From: Candidatus Limnocylindria bacterium
GTDB lineage: Bacteria; Chloroflexota; Limnocylindria; QHBO01
DNA: 64,000 nucleotides
Direction of reading: 5' to 3'
NCBI GenBank assembly: GCA_038322875.1
Contig: JBBQGI010000001.1
Coordinates: 20,372-84,371, forward strand
This document shows positions 28,837 to 39,853 of the stretch, in pieces. The position numbers and the translations under genes were made by a program. The number at the start of each line of letters is the position of its first letter. Position 1 is the first letter of the stretch. Below the pieces are notes generated by a model. That model was not told where the DNA came from. It searched no databases and saw only the letters and a list, made by a program, of their open reading frames with translations.

Positions 28837-29756
28837 GCCGAGATGCGCCGATAGCGCCACAGGATCGCGGCCGTGCCGATCACGGTCAGCAGCAGGGTCA
28901 GCGCGCCGAAGATCGGCAGAGCCAGGTGGGCATCACGCACCGGTGAATCCGTGATGGCGTTCCCCACCAGCCAGTTGCGAGTGCCGTCGACGAGGACGAC
29001 CGGGTTGAGCAGCGGGGCAACCTGCGAGATGCGCCCGCGTCCCGCCTCGGCCAGGATGGCGCCCACCGCACCGGTCACCAGGAAGACCGCGATGATCGCC
29101 CCGGTGGCGTAGGCGCGCCGCGGCGTCCACGAGGCGATCGCGAGGCCCAGGGCCGCCAGCGGAAGGGCGTAGATCAACGGAGAGCCGATTACCTCCGGCA
29201 GGTTGCCGAGCTGGTCGCCGATGGCGGCAGGCACGTCGGTTGCCGCCAGGATCGACGCGAACAGCAGGACGAGCAGCGGCGCCAGCGCCATGCCAAAGAG
29301 CGCCGTCGCCAGCGCCGCGAGCTTGGCCAGCGCGTAGTCGCTGCGGGCCAGGGCATGGCTGAAGTAGAGCGACAGGACATGGTTGCGCTGGTCGCCGCTT
29401 ACCAGCTCGGGGGCCTGGGCGGCCACGAACAGGGCGAGCAGCGCCTGCATCTCCCACAGGTAGTTGTCGTAGGTGAACGGGGAGAGGTTCCCCGGCACCA
29501 TGGCCTGGATCGCTCCAGCCACTGCGGCGGGGACCAGGATGACCGCCGTCAGGCCCCATGGCACGATCTTGGAACGACCCGATCGCCCCAGGCCGAAGGC
29601 CGAGCGCAGGCTCGCCCAGAAGAGGGTCCAGATCGCGGCGCGGCGGCCGAGCCGCGGTCCGTCGTAGCCCTGGTAGCCAAGGTCGTAGATCGCGCCGGTC
29701 GCGCTCTCGGCGGGGGCGACCGATGCCTCACGCCGCGTCATCGGTGCGCCCTTCAC
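28833..29756 (-). CDS. ABC-2 type transporter permease
   Basis: multi-TM hydrophobic protein in ABC cluster. Confidence 0.75.
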   Translation of the reverse strand: MKGAPMTRREASVAPAESATGAIYDLGYQGYDGPRLGRRAAIWTLFWASLRSAFGLGRSGRSKIVPWGLTAVILVPAAVAGAIQAMVPGNLSPFTYDNYLWEMQALLALFVAAQAPELVSGDQRNHVLSLYFSHALARSDYALAKLAALATALFGMALAPLLVLLFASILAATDVPAAIGDQLGNLPEVIGSPLIYALPLAALGLAIASWTPRRAYATGAIIAVFLVTGAVGAILAEAGRGRISQVAPLLNPVVLVDGTRNWLVGNAITDSPVRDAHLALPIFGALTLLLTVIGTAAILWRYRRISA

Positions 29757-30648
29757 TGCGGAAGAGGTCCTCGAGCCGATGTCGCCGCTGCTCCAGGCGG
29801 GTGAGGGCGAGGCCCATGTCGTCGATCACGTCACGCACGATGTCGTACGGGCGCTCGTCGGGGCAGTCGACCAGCACGCTGTGGCCGTCGACGGTCGCCA
29901 CCAGGCCGGCGGCGATGAGGCGCTCCGCGAGGGCATCGGCGCCATCCTCGACCTCCACCCCGAGCGAGCCGGTGCGCTCCACGAAGCTTGAGATCGGCGC
30001 CGATTGCAGGAGCTTCCCTGCGTCGATCGCCAGGAGGTACGTGCAGACCCGCTCGATCTCGCCGAGCAGGTGGCTCGCCACCACCGTCGCGATACCGAAC
30101 TCGGTCCCGGTGCGCTGCACCAGGTCGAGCATCTCGTCGCGGCCGGCGGGATCGAGGCCATTGGTCGGCTCGTCGAGGAGGAGCAGCTTCGGGTCGTGGA
30201 CGATCGCCTGCGCCAGCTTGACCCGCTGCTTCATGCCGGTCGAGTACCCGCCGATCGGCCGATAGCGCTCCTCGTACAGGCCGACGTGGCGCAGCACCTC
30301 GGCGGTCCGCTCGCGAGATGCGGCGGCGGGAAGCCCCGCCATGCGACCCATGTGGCTCACGAACTCCGTGGCCGAGATGTCGGACGGGAGACAGTCGTGC
30401 TCGGGCAGGTACCCGACGAACTGGCGGATCTCCGGCCCGCGCGTCGCGACGTCCATCTCCATCACGGTGGCGCTGCCACTCGTCGCCGGCAGCAGGCCGA
30501 GCAGGATCTTCAGCAGGGTGCTCTTGCCTGCTCCATTGGCCCCCACCAGGCCGATGATCCCCGGTTCTACGGCGAGCGTCAGCGCGTCCAGGGCGACGAC
30601 CGACGATCCATAGCGCCTGGTCAGCGCGTTGGTGGCGATGAGGGGCAT
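29728..30648 (-). CDS. ABC transporter ATP-binding protein
   Basis: Walker A GANGAGKST, signature YSTGMKQR, Walker B LLLDEP. Confidence 0.85.
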   Translation of the reverse strand: MPLIATNALTRRYGSSVVALDALTLAVEPGIIGLVGANGAGKSTLLKILLGLLPATSGSATVMEMDVATRGPEIRQFVGYLPEHDCLPSDISATEFVSHMGRMAGLPAAASRERTAEVLRHVGLYEERYRPIGGYSTGMKQRVKLAQAIVHDPKLLLLDEPTNGLDPAGRDEMLDLVQRTGTEFGIATVVASHLLGEIERVCTYLLAIDAGKLLQSAPISSFVERTGSLGVEVEDGADALAERLIAAGLVATVDGHSVLVDCPDERPYDIVRDVIDDMGLALTRLEQRRHRLEDLFRSEGRTDDAA

Positions 30649-30672
30649 GGCCCCGAGTCTAGCCGGGGGGCC

Positions 30673-30879
30673 TCACATATGCGGGGCGTAGTCCGGGTCG
30701 AGGAAGCGCGCCGGGTCATCCAGGAACTCGAGCAGGCAGCCTCTGCCGCAGAAGGCGTAGGTCTGGCCATCGTGCCCGGCCACCAGGCCCGCGGCGCGAG
30801 CCACTTCGAGATTGACGGCCATGCCGCAGACAGGATCACGCGGCATCGAGTTCGGCTCGAGGATCTGCATCGTTCTCAT
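30673..30879 (-). CDS. YHS/TRASH-domain small metal-binding protein
   Basis: 68 aa with DPVCGM...YAFCGRGC motif; AAAGGAA RBS; start ATG overlaps copA stop (ATGA). Confidence 0.7.
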   Translation of the reverse strand: MRTMQILEPNSMPRDPVCGMAVNLEVARAAGLVAGHDGQTYAFCGRGCLLEFLDDPARFLDPDYAPHM

Positions 30880-33128
30880 ATTCCTTTCAGATTGATCTGA
30901 AAGCCGCGCAGTCGAAGCGAGTTCGTCACCACGCTGACGCTGGAGAGAGCCATTGCCGCCGCCGCCAGGGCGGGGGAGAGGAGCCAGCCGGTGAGGGGAT
31001 AGAACGCTCCCGACGCCACGGGGATCAGGACCAGGTTGTAGCCGAACGCCCAGCCCAGGTTCTGTCGGATGATGCGCATCGTGGCGCGCGAGAGTTGGAT
31101 CGCCGCCGCGACCGAGCGCAGGTCGTCGCCGACGAGCGTGATCGACGATGCCTCCAGGGCCACGTCCGCGCCCGTCCCGATCGCAACGCCGAGGTCCGCC
31201 TGGGCCAGCGCCGGCGCGTCGTTGATGCCGTCGCCGACCATCGCCACGATCGCGCCGTCGGCCTGCAGCGCGGCGATGGCGGCCGCCTTCTCCTCGGGGC
31301 GCACCTCGGCCAGGATGCGCTCGGGACCGATCCCGACGGTTGCGCCGACCGCGCGAGCCACGGCCGCTCGATCGCCGGTCAGCATCCACACATCCAGGCG
31401 CGTCGCGCGCAGGCGCCGGATCGCGTCGCGCGATTCGGGCTTGACCGTATCGGCGATCGCCACCAGGCCGATGGCGACGCCATCGACCGCCACCAGCACG
31501 GGCGTATTCCCAGTTTCTGCGGCGGAACGGGCTGAATCGCTCAGCGACGTGGTGTCGACTCCCTGTTCGGCGAGAAGCCGCTCGCTGCCGAGGGTGACGA
31601 CCTGCTTCGCGACTGTGGCCTTCACGCCGCCGCCGGAGATCGCGGCAAAGGCAGTTGCGGCGGGCAGCTCTATGCCGCGCTCGGTTGCCAGGCGCACGAT
31701 CGCCTCGGCGAGCGGGTGCTCGCTGCCCCGCTCGGCGGCGGCCGCCAGGCGGAGCAGCTCGTCCTCCGAGAAGCCGGGCGCGGGAACCAGGGCGACGACC
31801 ATCGGCTCACCCTGCGTGAGAGTGCCGGTCTTGTCGAGCACGACAGCCGTGATGCGCTGGGCCTGCTCCAGGGCCGCGCCGTCGCGGACCAGGATCCCGG
31901 CCTCTGCGCCCTTCCCGGTGCCGACCATGATTGCGGTCGGCGTGGCGAGCCCCATCGCACAGGGGCAGGCAATGATCAGCACGGCGACCGCTGCGGTCAG
32001 CGCCGCCGGCAGGCGCGGCTCGGGACCCAGCAGCAGCCACGCTGCGAACGCGGCGGCGGCCACCAGGACCACGACCGGCACGAAGCGGGCGGTCACCTGG
32101 TCGACGACCCGCTGGATCGGAGCCTTGGAGCCCTGCGCTCGCTCGACCAGCCGCGCGATCTGGGCCAGCGCCGTGTCGCGGCCGATCCGTTCAGCCCGCA
32201 TGACGAAGGACCCCGAGGCATTCATCGTCGCGCCGATCACCTGGTCGCCGACACCCTTGTCGACCGGCATCGACTCACCGGTGAGCATCGATTCGTCGAG
32301 GGCGGAGGCGCCATCCACGATCGCCCCGTCGACCGGCACGCGCTCACCCGGGCGGATCCGTACCAGGTCTCCGACCAGCACCTCGTCGATCGGCAGATCG
32401 GCTTCGCGCCCATCCCGCAGCACGCGTGCGGTCGTCGGCTGCAGATGGAGGAGAGCCCGGATTGCGCCCGCTGCCGCGCCCTTGGCTCGCGCCTCGAGCC
32501 ATCGGCCCAGCAGGACCAGGCCGATGATCACCGCGGCGCTGTCGAAGTACGTCTCGGTCGCGGATCCGACGAGGGTCACCGCCAACGAGTAGCTGTACGC
32601 CGCCAGTGTCCCAAGGGAGACGAGCGTATCCATGGTCATGTCGCCATGCCGCAGGGCCTTCGCCGCTGCCACCAGGAAGCGTCGGCCCAAGACGAACTGC
32701 ACTACGGTTGCGGGGGCCAGCATCCACACGTTGACGCGCTCCATTGGCCATGGCAGCCCGCCCGGCCACAGGGCCACGATCATCATCGCCAGCCCCGCGC
32801 CGGTCGCCAGCAATGCGTCGCGCAGCAGGACGCGTCGCTCCGCGGCTCGGGCCAGCTGCTCCGCGTCGGCCGCCTCGCCCTCGTCGGCGGCGGGCGGTGC
32901 CGCGACCTCGTAGCCGGCCGCCTCGATCGCCGCCACCAGCCCGCCCCTATCGATCAGGGCTGGGTCGAAGTGCACGGTGGCGCGCTCGGTCGCCAGGTTG
33001 ACGGCGGCGTCGGCGACCCCATCGGCCCGGTTGAGGAATCGCTCGATGCGCGTGACGCACGACGCGCAGGTCATGCCCGTGACGGGGAGGGTCAGCTCGG
33101 AAAGGGGGGCATCGGCGGCGGCATGCAT
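30876..33128 (-). CDS. copA: copper-translocating P1B-type ATPase
   Basis: N-terminal HMA domain GMTCASC, CPC ion motif, DKTGT phosphorylation site, GDGxND; 750 aa from MHAAAD start. Confidence 0.95.
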   Translation of the reverse strand: MHAAADAPLSELTLPVTGMTCASCVTRIERFLNRADGVADAAVNLATERATVHFDPALIDRGGLVAAIEAAGYEVAAPPAADEGEAADAEQLARAAERRVLLRDALLATGAGLAMMIVALWPGGLPWPMERVNVWMLAPATVVQFVLGRRFLVAAAKALRHGDMTMDTLVSLGTLAAYSYSLAVTLVGSATETYFDSAAVIIGLVLLGRWLEARAKGAAAGAIRALLHLQPTTARVLRDGREADLPIDEVLVGDLVRIRPGERVPVDGAIVDGASALDESMLTGESMPVDKGVGDQVIGATMNASGSFVMRAERIGRDTALAQIARLVERAQGSKAPIQRVVDQVTARFVPVVVLVAAAAFAAWLLLGPEPRLPAALTAAVAVLIIACPCAMGLATPTAIMVGTGKGAEAGILVRDGAALEQAQRITAVVLDKTGTLTQGEPMVVALVPAPGFSEDELLRLAAAAERGSEHPLAEAIVRLATERGIELPAATAFAAISGGGVKATVAKQVVTLGSERLLAEQGVDTTSLSDSARSAAETGNTPVLVAVDGVAIGLVAIADTVKPESRDAIRRLRATRLDVWMLTGDRAAVARAVGATVGIGPERILAEVRPEEKAAAIAALQADGAIVAMVGDGINDAPALAQADLGVAIGTGADVALEASSITLVGDDLRSVAAAIQLSRATMRIIRQNLGWAFGYNLVLIPVASGAFYPLTGWLLSPALAAAAMALSSVSVVTNSLRLRGFQINLKGI

Positions 33129-33140
33129 CAGTGGTCTCAG

Positions 33141-33166
33141 GATACTACAGGGGAGTATCTGTCCCC
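33141..33166. promoter_or_regulatory. overlapping palindromes GATACTacaggggAGTATC and GGGGAgtatctgTCCCC in copA/glgM divergent intergenic region
   Basis: two interlocked inverted repeats 13-38 nt upstream of copA start codon; candidate metalloregulator operator. Confidence 0.4.
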
Positions 33167-33209
33167 GGGTCGCGACCTGTGCCGCGATGGACCGCGCTAC
33201 CCTGACGGG

Positions 33210-34412
33210 GTGAAGGCACTCGTGTTGACCAACGAGTATCCGCCGAACGTGTATGGCGGGGCAGGGATGCACGTCGCGGAGCTCACGCGAGCGCTGCGCG
33301 GCCGCATCGGCGTCGAGGTCCGGACCTTCGGCGAGCAGCATGAGGAGGCGACTGATTGGCGGGTGCGCGGCTACCCCGCGACGCGCCGCGCGCCCACCGA
33401 TGACGGCCAGCTGCGGCCCGCGTGGGATGCCATCGCCCGCGACCTGGCCATGGCCGCGGACCCGACCGACGCCGACCTGGTCCACTGCCACACCTGGTAC
33501 ACGCACCTCGCCGGACTCCTGGTCCGGGCGGCGCGCTCGATGCCGCTCGTGGTCACGGTTCACTCGCTCGAACCCATGCGACCGTGGAAGCGCGAGCAGC
33601 TGGGTGGCGGCTACGACCTTTCCAGCTGGGTAGAGCGCACCGCCCTCGAGGCGGCCGACGCGGTGATCGCGGTGAGCCGCGGCACACGCGACGACGTGCT
33701 CGCGAACTTCACGGTCGCCGCCGAGCGTGTCCATGTCATTCACAACGGCATCGACGCCGAGTTCTTCGTGCCGGATCCTGCCGTCGACGTGCTGGAGCGA
33801 TACGGGGTCGATCCGAAGGTGCCGTATCTGCTCTTCGTCGGGCGGATCACCCGCCAGAAGGGGATCGCGCACCTGGTGCACGCCATCGGCAAGCTTGATC
33901 CGGGGATCGGCGTCGTGCTGGCGGCGGGCATGCCCGATACCCCCCAGCTGGCGGCCGAGGTGGAGGCCGGCGTCCTCGCCGCGCAGCGGGCACGCGCGAA
34001 CGTGGTCTGGATCCCGGAGATGCTCGGCCGCGAGGAGATCCGGCAGCTCTACAGCCACGCCGCGATCTTCGTCTGCCCATCGGTGTACGAGCCGTTCGGC
34101 ATTACGAACCTGGAGGCGATGGCGTGCGAGCGGCCGGTGGTGGCAACCGCCGTGGGCGGTATCCCGGAGGTGGTCGTCGACGGCGAGACGGGCGTCCTGG
34201 TGCCACTCGAGATGCGGCCGGATGAACCGATGACGCCCGCCGATCCGGACCGCTTCGCCGCCGACATGGCGGCAGCGATCAACGCGCTGATGGCCGATCC
34301 GGAGCGGCGGCGGGCGATGGGAGTGGCGGGCCGGCGCCGTGCGGTGGAGCACTTCGCGTGGTCTGCGATCGCCGACCGGACGGTGGCCCTCTATCGGGAC
34401 CTGGTCGAGTAG
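33210..34412 (+). CDS. glgM: GT4 glycosyltransferase, alpha-maltose-1-phosphate synthase/glycogen synthase type
   Basis: end-to-end similarity to mycobacterial GlgM/GlgA ([21 protein letters not shown]..., [12 protein letters not shown]); GTG start. Confidence 0.9.
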   Translation: MKALVLTNEYPPNVYGGAGMHVAELTRALRGRIGVEVRTFGEQHEEATDWRVRGYPATRRAPTDDGQLRPAWDAIARDLAMAADPTDADLVHCHTWYTHLAGLLVRAARSMPLVVTVHSLEPMRPWKREQLGGGYDLSSWVERTALEAADAVIAVSRGTRDDVLANFTVAAERVHVIHNGIDAEFFVPDPAVDVLERYGVDPKVPYLLFVGRITRQKGIAHLVHAIGKLDPGIGVVLAAGMPDTPQLAAEVEAGVLAAQRARANVVWIPEMLGREEIRQLYSHAAIFVCPSVYEPFGITNLEAMACERPVVATAVGGIPEVVVDGETGVLVPLEMRPDEPMTPADPDRFAADMAAAINALMADPERRRAMGVAGRRRAVEHFAWSAIADRTVALYRDLVE

Positions 34413-34424
34413 CATCTGCGGCCC

Positions 34425-35234
34425 ATGACGCGCCACTCCGCCTCAGCCACCGCTGTCGATCACGCCGGCAGGCCCGGCGCGCCGATCGTCGTGGCGCGTG
34501 ACCTGCGCAAGCGATACGGCTCGCTCCAGGCGGTTGACGGGGTGAGCTTCGAGATCGCCGAGGGCGAGGTCTTCGGGATCCTCGGGCCCAACGGCGCCGG
34601 CAAGACGACCACTCTCGAGATGATCGAGGGGATGCGCACCATTGACTCGGGCAAGGCGATCGTCGACGGCATCGACGTCAGCCAGGATCCGCGCGGCGTG
34701 AAGGCGCGGATCGGGATCCAGCTCCAGGCCTCCAGCTTCTTCGACGAGCTGAACCTGATCGAGCTGCTGGAGCTGTTCGGCCATCTGTACGGTCGCCGCG
34801 TCGACGCCATGGCGCTCCTCGCCGATGTCGAGCTCACCGAGAAGGCTCGCTCCCAGGTGCGAACCCTGTCGGGCGGGCAGAAGCAGCGCTTCAGCATCGC
34901 TGCCGCCCTGGTCAACGAGCCCCGCGTCCTATTCCTCGATGAGCCGACGACCGGCCTCGATCCCCAGGCCCGACGCCACCTGTGGGGCCTCGTGCGGCAG
35001 ATCCGCGACCGCGGCCACACGGTGATCCTCACCACCCACTACATGGAGGAGGCGGAGGAGCTCTGCGATCGCGTGGCGATCATGGATGGCGGCCACATCA
35101 TCGTCCTGGACAAGCCGCTTGCCCTGATCGACGCGCTCCTGGGCCGTGGCTTCCACAAGGAACGGGTCGAGCGCCTGGCCAACCTGGAGGACGTCTTCAT
35201 CGACCTCACCGGCCACACCCTGCGGGAGGACTAG
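34425..35234 (+). CDS. ABC transporter ATP-binding protein (ABC-2/DrrA-like)
   Basis: Walker [10 protein letters not shown], signature LSGGQKQR, Walker B LFLDEPT. Confidence 0.9.
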   Translation: MTRHSASATAVDHAGRPGAPIVVARDLRKRYGSLQAVDGVSFEIAEGEVFGILGPNGAGKTTTLEMIEGMRTIDSGKAIVDGIDVSQDPRGVKARIGIQLQASSFFDELNLIELLELFGHLYGRRVDAMALLADVELTEKARSQVRTLSGGQKQRFSIAAALVNEPRVLFLDEPTTGLDPQARRHLWGLVRQIRDRGHTVILTTHYMEEAEELCDRVAIMDGGHIIVLDKPLALIDALLGRGFHKERVERLANLEDVFIDLTGHTLRED

Positions 35235-35238
35235 GCCG

Positions 35239-36315
35239 ATGAAACCGGTCGTCTACTGGTCCCTCTTCGTGGCCAGCTTCAAGATGTTCGTCCGCAACCG
35301 GGCGGCGCTCTTCTTCAGCCTCTTCGTCCCGCTGCTGATCATGCTGATCTTCGGAGTCCTGAACTTCGGCGGCACGACGACCATTTCGTTGGGTGTCGTG
35401 GACCTGGCCGACAACCAGGCCAGTCGCGCTTTGGTCACCGCGCTCGAGGGGACCGACACGTTCGAGCTTGATAGCGGCACCAGCCGGGCCGAGCTCGCCC
35501 AGCTGAAGGACGGGCACCGCGACCTGGTCCTGGTGATACCGCCTGAATACGAGCTCGCGCCCCCGACGCCCAGGTCGGCGAACCTCATGGCCTACAGCAA
35601 CCAGGCCAAGCCGGAGCAGGCGCAGGTCGGCGGTCTGCTGCTGAACGCCCTGGTCGGTCAGCTGCTGGCTGGCGGCTCAGGTGCGCCGCTGGTGGCCATC
35701 GAGCCGCTCGCCGGCCGCAGCCCCGGCTACATCGACTTCCTGGTGCCGGGCATCCTCGGGCTGACCCTGATGCAGCTCGGCCTCTTTTCCGTCTCCTTCG
35801 GCTTCGTGCAGCTGAAGCGGACGGGGGCGCTGCGGCGGCTCTTCGCAACGCCCACCAGCCCGGCCTACTTCCTGGCTGCGCAGGTGACCAGCCGCCTGAT
35901 CATCGGCTTGACACAGGTGCTCGTGCTGCTCGGGGTCGGACTCTGGTTCGGCCTGCACCTGGTGGGCAGCATCGCCCTGCTCCTGGCCATCTCGCTGCTC
36001 GGCTCGATCATCTTCCTGGCGATCGGCTTCAGCATCGCCGGCTGGGCCAAGAACGAGGACCAGGCGGCGCCGGTCGCGAACCTGGTCAGCCTGCCGATGA
36101 CATTCCTGTCGGGCGTCTTCTTCTCACGCGACGCGATGCCCGATTTCCTGCGCACCGTCACCGACTTCCTGCCCCTCACCTACCTCAACCATGCGCTGCG
36201 CAGCGTGGTCAACGACGGAGCCGGCTTCGACGTGATCGGCGGCGACCTGCTTGGGATGGCGGTCTGGGCGGCGATCGCCTTCGTCCTCGCCGTCCGCCTC
36301 TTTCGCTGGGAGTGA
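35239..36315 (+). CDS. ABC-2 type transporter permease
   Basis: 6-TM ABC-2 permease with extracytoplasmic loop after TM1. Confidence 0.8.
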   Translation: MKPVVYWSLFVASFKMFVRNRAALFFSLFVPLLIMLIFGVLNFGGTTTISLGVVDLADNQASRALVTALEGTDTFELDSGTSRAELAQLKDGHRDLVLVIPPEYELAPPTPRSANLMAYSNQAKPEQAQVGGLLLNALVGQLLAGGSGAPLVAIEPLAGRSPGYIDFLVPGILGLTLMQLGLFSVSFGFVQLKRTGALRRLFATPTSPAYFLAAQVTSRLIIGLTQVLVLLGVGLWFGLHLVGSIALLLAISLLGSIIFLAIGFSIAGWAKNEDQAAPVANLVSLPMTFLSGVFFSRDAMPDFLRTVTDFLPLTYLNHALRSVVNDGAGFDVIGGDLLGMAVWAAIAFVLAVRLFRWE

Positions 36316-36498
36316 CGCCGAGCGACTCCTGGACACGCAGCTGGGTCGCATCGGCAGGACCTGGGCCCTGAGGACGCCCGCACAACAGAGAACGGGCCGA
36401 ATGGCACATGATGCAGGTGGCACGGGTATGCATGAATGGTTCACGACGAACGATGACATGCGCTCGGTACGCGTTCATGCGAGCAGAGGAAGTTAACG

Positions 36499-37881
36499 AT
36501 GGGCAGAATCGCCCTCTTCGCCGCCGGCAGCTTCGCGGTGCTGGTGACTACCCTGGTCTACGGCCTGGTGACGACGCACAACCTGGAGTCACCATCGGTC
36601 GATCCATCGGCGTCTGCCTCCGCATCCGCCGAGCCCGGTGCCGGAGCGAGCGCCGGAGCCACACTCGGCAGCATCTCGGTTGAGGCCTTCGATCTCGGCT
36701 TCAGGCCTGCCAGCGTCGAAGTCGCCGCGGCGGGGACGTACACCGTGGCGTTCAACAATACCGGCGCGATCGCACACGACCTCACCTTCGCCGATGGGAC
36801 CAAGCTGACGGCCGATGCCGGTCAGATGGCGACCGGCACGGTCACCATTCCCGCGGGCGGCATGACGTTCCTGTGCGCCGTGCCCGGACATGCGGCGGCC
36901 GGCATGACCGGCGATGTGACGGTTGCCGGGGCAGCGCCATCGCCGAGCGGGGATAGCAATGGAGGACCGGCCCCCAGCAGCGATGTCGCGGCCGACCCGA
37001 ATGCGCCGCCGTACGAATTGCGCGACCCGATCGCGCCGCCGAGACTGGCCGGCACAGTGCACGACATCGACCTGGTGGTCGAAGAAAAGCTCATGACCGT
37101 GGCCGAGGGCTTTGTGCAGGCGGTCTGGACGTTCAACGGCAGCGTGCCAGGGCCGGTGATCCGGGTCACGGTGGGCGACACGATCCGCGTGCATCTCAAG
37201 AACCCGGCAACCAGCCAGCTGTCGCATTCGGTGGACTTCCACGCATCGCAGGTGGCGTGGAACGACGAGATGACCAGCATCAAGCCGGGCGAGGAGAAGC
37301 TGTACGAGTGGACAGCTGACTACGCCGGCGTGTGGATGTACCACTGTGGCACCGCGCCGGCACTGCACCACATCGCCAACGGCATGTTCGGGATGGTGAT
37401 CGTCGAGCCGCGCGGCGGCCTGCCGAAGGTCGACCACGAGTTCGCCATCGTCCAGTCCGAGTGGTACCTCGGGCCGCAGGGGCAGCCCGCCGACCTGACC
37501 AAGGCGGGGTCCGCAGCGCCGGCTCCGGACTTCGTGATGTTCAACGGTGTGGCCAACCAGTACCTGGACCACCCCATCGAGATCGGGACCGGTAAGCGCG
37601 TCCGGATCTTCCTCCTGGATGCCGGCCCCGACATCGACTCGTCCTTCCACATCGTCGGCACCATCTTCGACACGGTCACCAAGGAGGGGATCCACCTCGT
37701 CCGCGGGAACGAGGGCGATTGGGCATCCCAGGCGGTCGACCTCTCGCCGGCGCAGGGCGCCATCATCGAGTTCCAGGCCGCGGAGGACGGCCTCTACCCG
37801 ATGGTGACCCATGCCTTCAACTTCGTCGGCCGCGGAGCCCTGGGACTCTTCCAGTCGGGGGACGGCGATCCCTTGAACTGA
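36499..37881 (+). CDS. membrane-anchored NirK-type two-domain multicopper oxidase (copper nitrite reductase family) with N-terminal cupredoxin domain
   Basis: N-terminal TM; type-1 Cu cupredoxin motifs (H..C..H..M: CAVPGHAAAGM); NirK-like HSVDFHA, MYHCG..HHIANGMFG motifs; GAGGAAG RBS. Confidence 0.8.
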   Translation: MGRIALFAAGSFAVLVTTLVYGLVTTHNLESPSVDPSASASASAEPGAGASAGATLGSISVEAFDLGFRPASVEVAAAGTYTVAFNNTGAIAHDLTFADGTKLTADAGQMATGTVTIPAGGMTFLCAVPGHAAAGMTGDVTVAGAAPSPSGDSNGGPAPSSDVAADPNAPPYELRDPIAPPRLAGTVHDIDLVVEEKLMTVAEGFVQAVWTFNGSVPGPVIRVTVGDTIRVHLKNPATSQLSHSVDFHASQVAWNDEMTSIKPGEEKLYEWTADYAGVWMYHCGTAPALHHIANGMFGMVIVEPRGGLPKVDHEFAIVQSEWYLGPQGQPADLTKAGSAAPAPDFVMFNGVANQYLDHPIEIGTGKRVRIFLLDAGPDIDSSFHIVGTIFDTVTKEGIHLVRGNEGDWASQAVDLSPAQGAIIEFQAAEDGLYPMVTHAFNFVGRGALGLFQSGDGDPLN

Positions 37882-37947
37882 TCCTGGTCGATCAGGCAGC
37901 TTTGTCGAAGCTGACCTCCACCAGGGAGTGGCGCGGATCGGCAGGAG

Positions 37948-38628
37948 CTAGGAGCGATTGTCTCCGAGCCGATGCTTGGCGACGAAGGCGGCCGCCTGCG
38001 CTCGGCGCTGCAGGCTCAGCTTGGAGAGGATGCTGCTGACGTAGTTCTTCACCGTCTTGTCGGAGAGGAAGACGTCGGCCGCGATCTCCTTGTTCGTCTT
38101 CCCCTCGGCGACCAGGAGCAGGATCTTGCGCTCCTGCGAGGTGAGGTCGCTGAGCTCGTCTAGCTCGTCGCCGCTGGCGATGCGCCGAACCCGCTCGAGC
38201 ACGCGCTCGGTGACCGCAGGATCGAGCAGCGAGTCGCCGCGACCGACCGCCTCGAGGGCCGTGACCAGGTCCCGGCCGCGGATCTGCTTGAGCAGGTAGC
38301 CGCTGGCACCCGCCAGGATCGCCGACAGGACCGCCTCCTCGTCGGGGTACGAGGTCAGCATCACGATGCGCATGGCGGGGAACTCGGCGCGGATATCGCG
38401 ACAGGCTTCGATCCCGGAGCCGTCCGGCAGGCGAACGTCCATCACCACCAGGTCCGGCTCGAACCGGCGTGCGGCAGCGATCGATTCGGCGACGCTGCCC
38501 GCCTCGGCGACGACCTGGAACTCCTCGCGGCGGGATAGCAGAGCGACCAAGCCCTCGCGCACCACTTCGTGATCGTCGACCACCAGCAGGCGCAGTGGCG
38601 TACGCGGGGGGGCCGGGTCGTTGCTCAT
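37948..38628 (-). CDS. NarL/LuxR family response regulator
   Basis: REC domain with DD...D...K pattern, C-terminal LuxR HTH (TNKEIAADVFLSDKTVKNYVSSILSKL). Confidence 0.9.
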   Translation of the reverse strand: MSNDPAPPRTPLRLLVVDDHEVVREGLVALLSRREEFQVVAEAGSVAESIAAARRFEPDLVVMDVRLPDGSGIEACRDIRAEFPAMRIVMLTSYPDEEAVLSAILAGASGYLLKQIRGRDLVTALEAVGRGDSLLDPAVTERVLERVRRIASGDELDELSDLTSQERKILLLVAEGKTNKEIAADVFLSDKTVKNYVSSILSKLSLQRRAQAAAFVAKHRLGDNRS

Positions 38629-38657
38629 GGGGTTTCCATCCTCGCTCCGCCTGCCGC

Positions 38658-39806
38658 CTACGCCGGGAGCGGCACCGACACGATGATACGGGTCCCGTCC
38701 CCGGCGTGACTCGCGACGCGGAGCGTCCCGCCGATGGCCTCGGCGCGGCGTCGCATGTTGTCGAGCCCGTGGTGCCCTGCGTTGCGGGCTGCGTCGGGGT
38801 CAAAGCCCTGGCCGTTGTCGCTGACTTCGAGCAGGAGAACGCCTCCTCCAAGGGTGAGCTCGACATTGACGAGCGTGGCTGCGGCATGTCGAGCGGCATT
38901 GCTGAGCGCCTCGCGGGCAATGCTCAGCAGCTCGCTGCTGATCGCCGCCGAGACGCGTGCGTCGCTCGCCCGGACATCGATCTGCAGTGGGGTATCCAGC
39001 CGCGTCTCCTCGGCGAGGGTCTCGAACGCCTTCGCCATTCCGCCGGGACCATCGAGTCCGGGTTGCAGGCCGTAGATGAAGATGCGGATCTCGCTGATCG
39101 CCGCATGCAACGCGTCGATGGCGCGGTCGACTCGTTCGCCCGCCTCCGCCGGATTCTGCAGCGCGATCTCGCCGACATCCTCCAGGCCCAGTGTGACGGC
39201 GTAGATGCGCTGGATGATCCCGTCATGCAGATCGCGCCCGATTCGCTCGCGATCCTCGACCAGCGCCAGGGCCTGCACCCGCTGGCTCAGACGCGCGTTC
39301 TCGATCCCCAGGCCGGCATGCGCGGCGAACCGCTCCACGAGGGTCCGATCGTCGTCGCTGAACTCGACGGCGCCGCGCTTGTTGGTCAGGTACAGATTGC
39401 CGATCGACCGCCCCTTGACGGTGACCGGCACGCCCAGGAACGAGTGCATCGCGGGGTGATTTGGGGGGAAGCCGTGGCGCCGCGGGTCAGTTGCGATGTC
39501 CGGGATGCGAAAGGTCTTGCCCTCCCGAATGATCAGCCCGAGCAGTCCGCGGCCACGCGGCAGGGCGCCGATGCGCTCGCGCTCGCCCGGCGCCAGCCCG
39601 CTGGTAATGAAGCTGTCCATGTCCCCGTTCGGGTGCACGATGCCCAGCGCCGCGTACTCGGCGTCAGCGAGGTCGCGCACGCGGTCGACGATAAGCTGCA
39701 GCACCGCCTCGAGCTCGAGGGCACCGGAGAGGCCCTGCACGGCGACATCGAGGGCCGCCAGGCGCGCCTCTGCGCGACGCGCCCGAAGCTCCCAGTCCAG
39801 GTCCAT
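38658..39806 (-). CDS. GAF-domain sensor histidine kinase (HisKA_3 family, DosS/NarX-like)
   Basis: N-terminal GAF, H-box RIGRDLHDGIIQ, HATPase_c C-terminus; 30 nt upstream of response regulator. Confidence 0.85.
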   Translation of the reverse strand: MDLDWELRARRAEARLAALDVAVQGLSGALELEAVLQLIVDRVRDLADAEYAALGIVHPNGDMDSFITSGLAPGERERIGALPRGRGLLGLIIREGKTFRIPDIATDPRRHGFPPNHPAMHSFLGVPVTVKGRSIGNLYLTNKRGAVEFSDDDRTLVERFAAHAGLGIENARLSQRVQALALVEDRERIGRDLHDGIIQRIYAVTLGLEDVGEIALQNPAEAGERVDRAIDALHAAISEIRIFIYGLQPGLDGPGGMAKAFETLAEETRLDTPLQIDVRASDARVSAAISSELLSIAREALSNAARHAAATLVNVELTLGGGVLLLEVSDNGQGFDPDAARNAGHHGLDNMRRRAEAIGGTLRVASHAGDGTRIIVSVPLPA

Positions 39807-39853
39807 GGCGTTAGCCTAGCCCCACCGGAGAGCGTTGGCGGATCGCGCCCCGC

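Noticed and set aside
30876-34436. Upstream 435 aa of the 1186-aa minus-strand ORF extending beyond copA start
   Set aside because: The extension is antisense to glgM and has no similarity. CopA homology begins at MHAAAD (33128).
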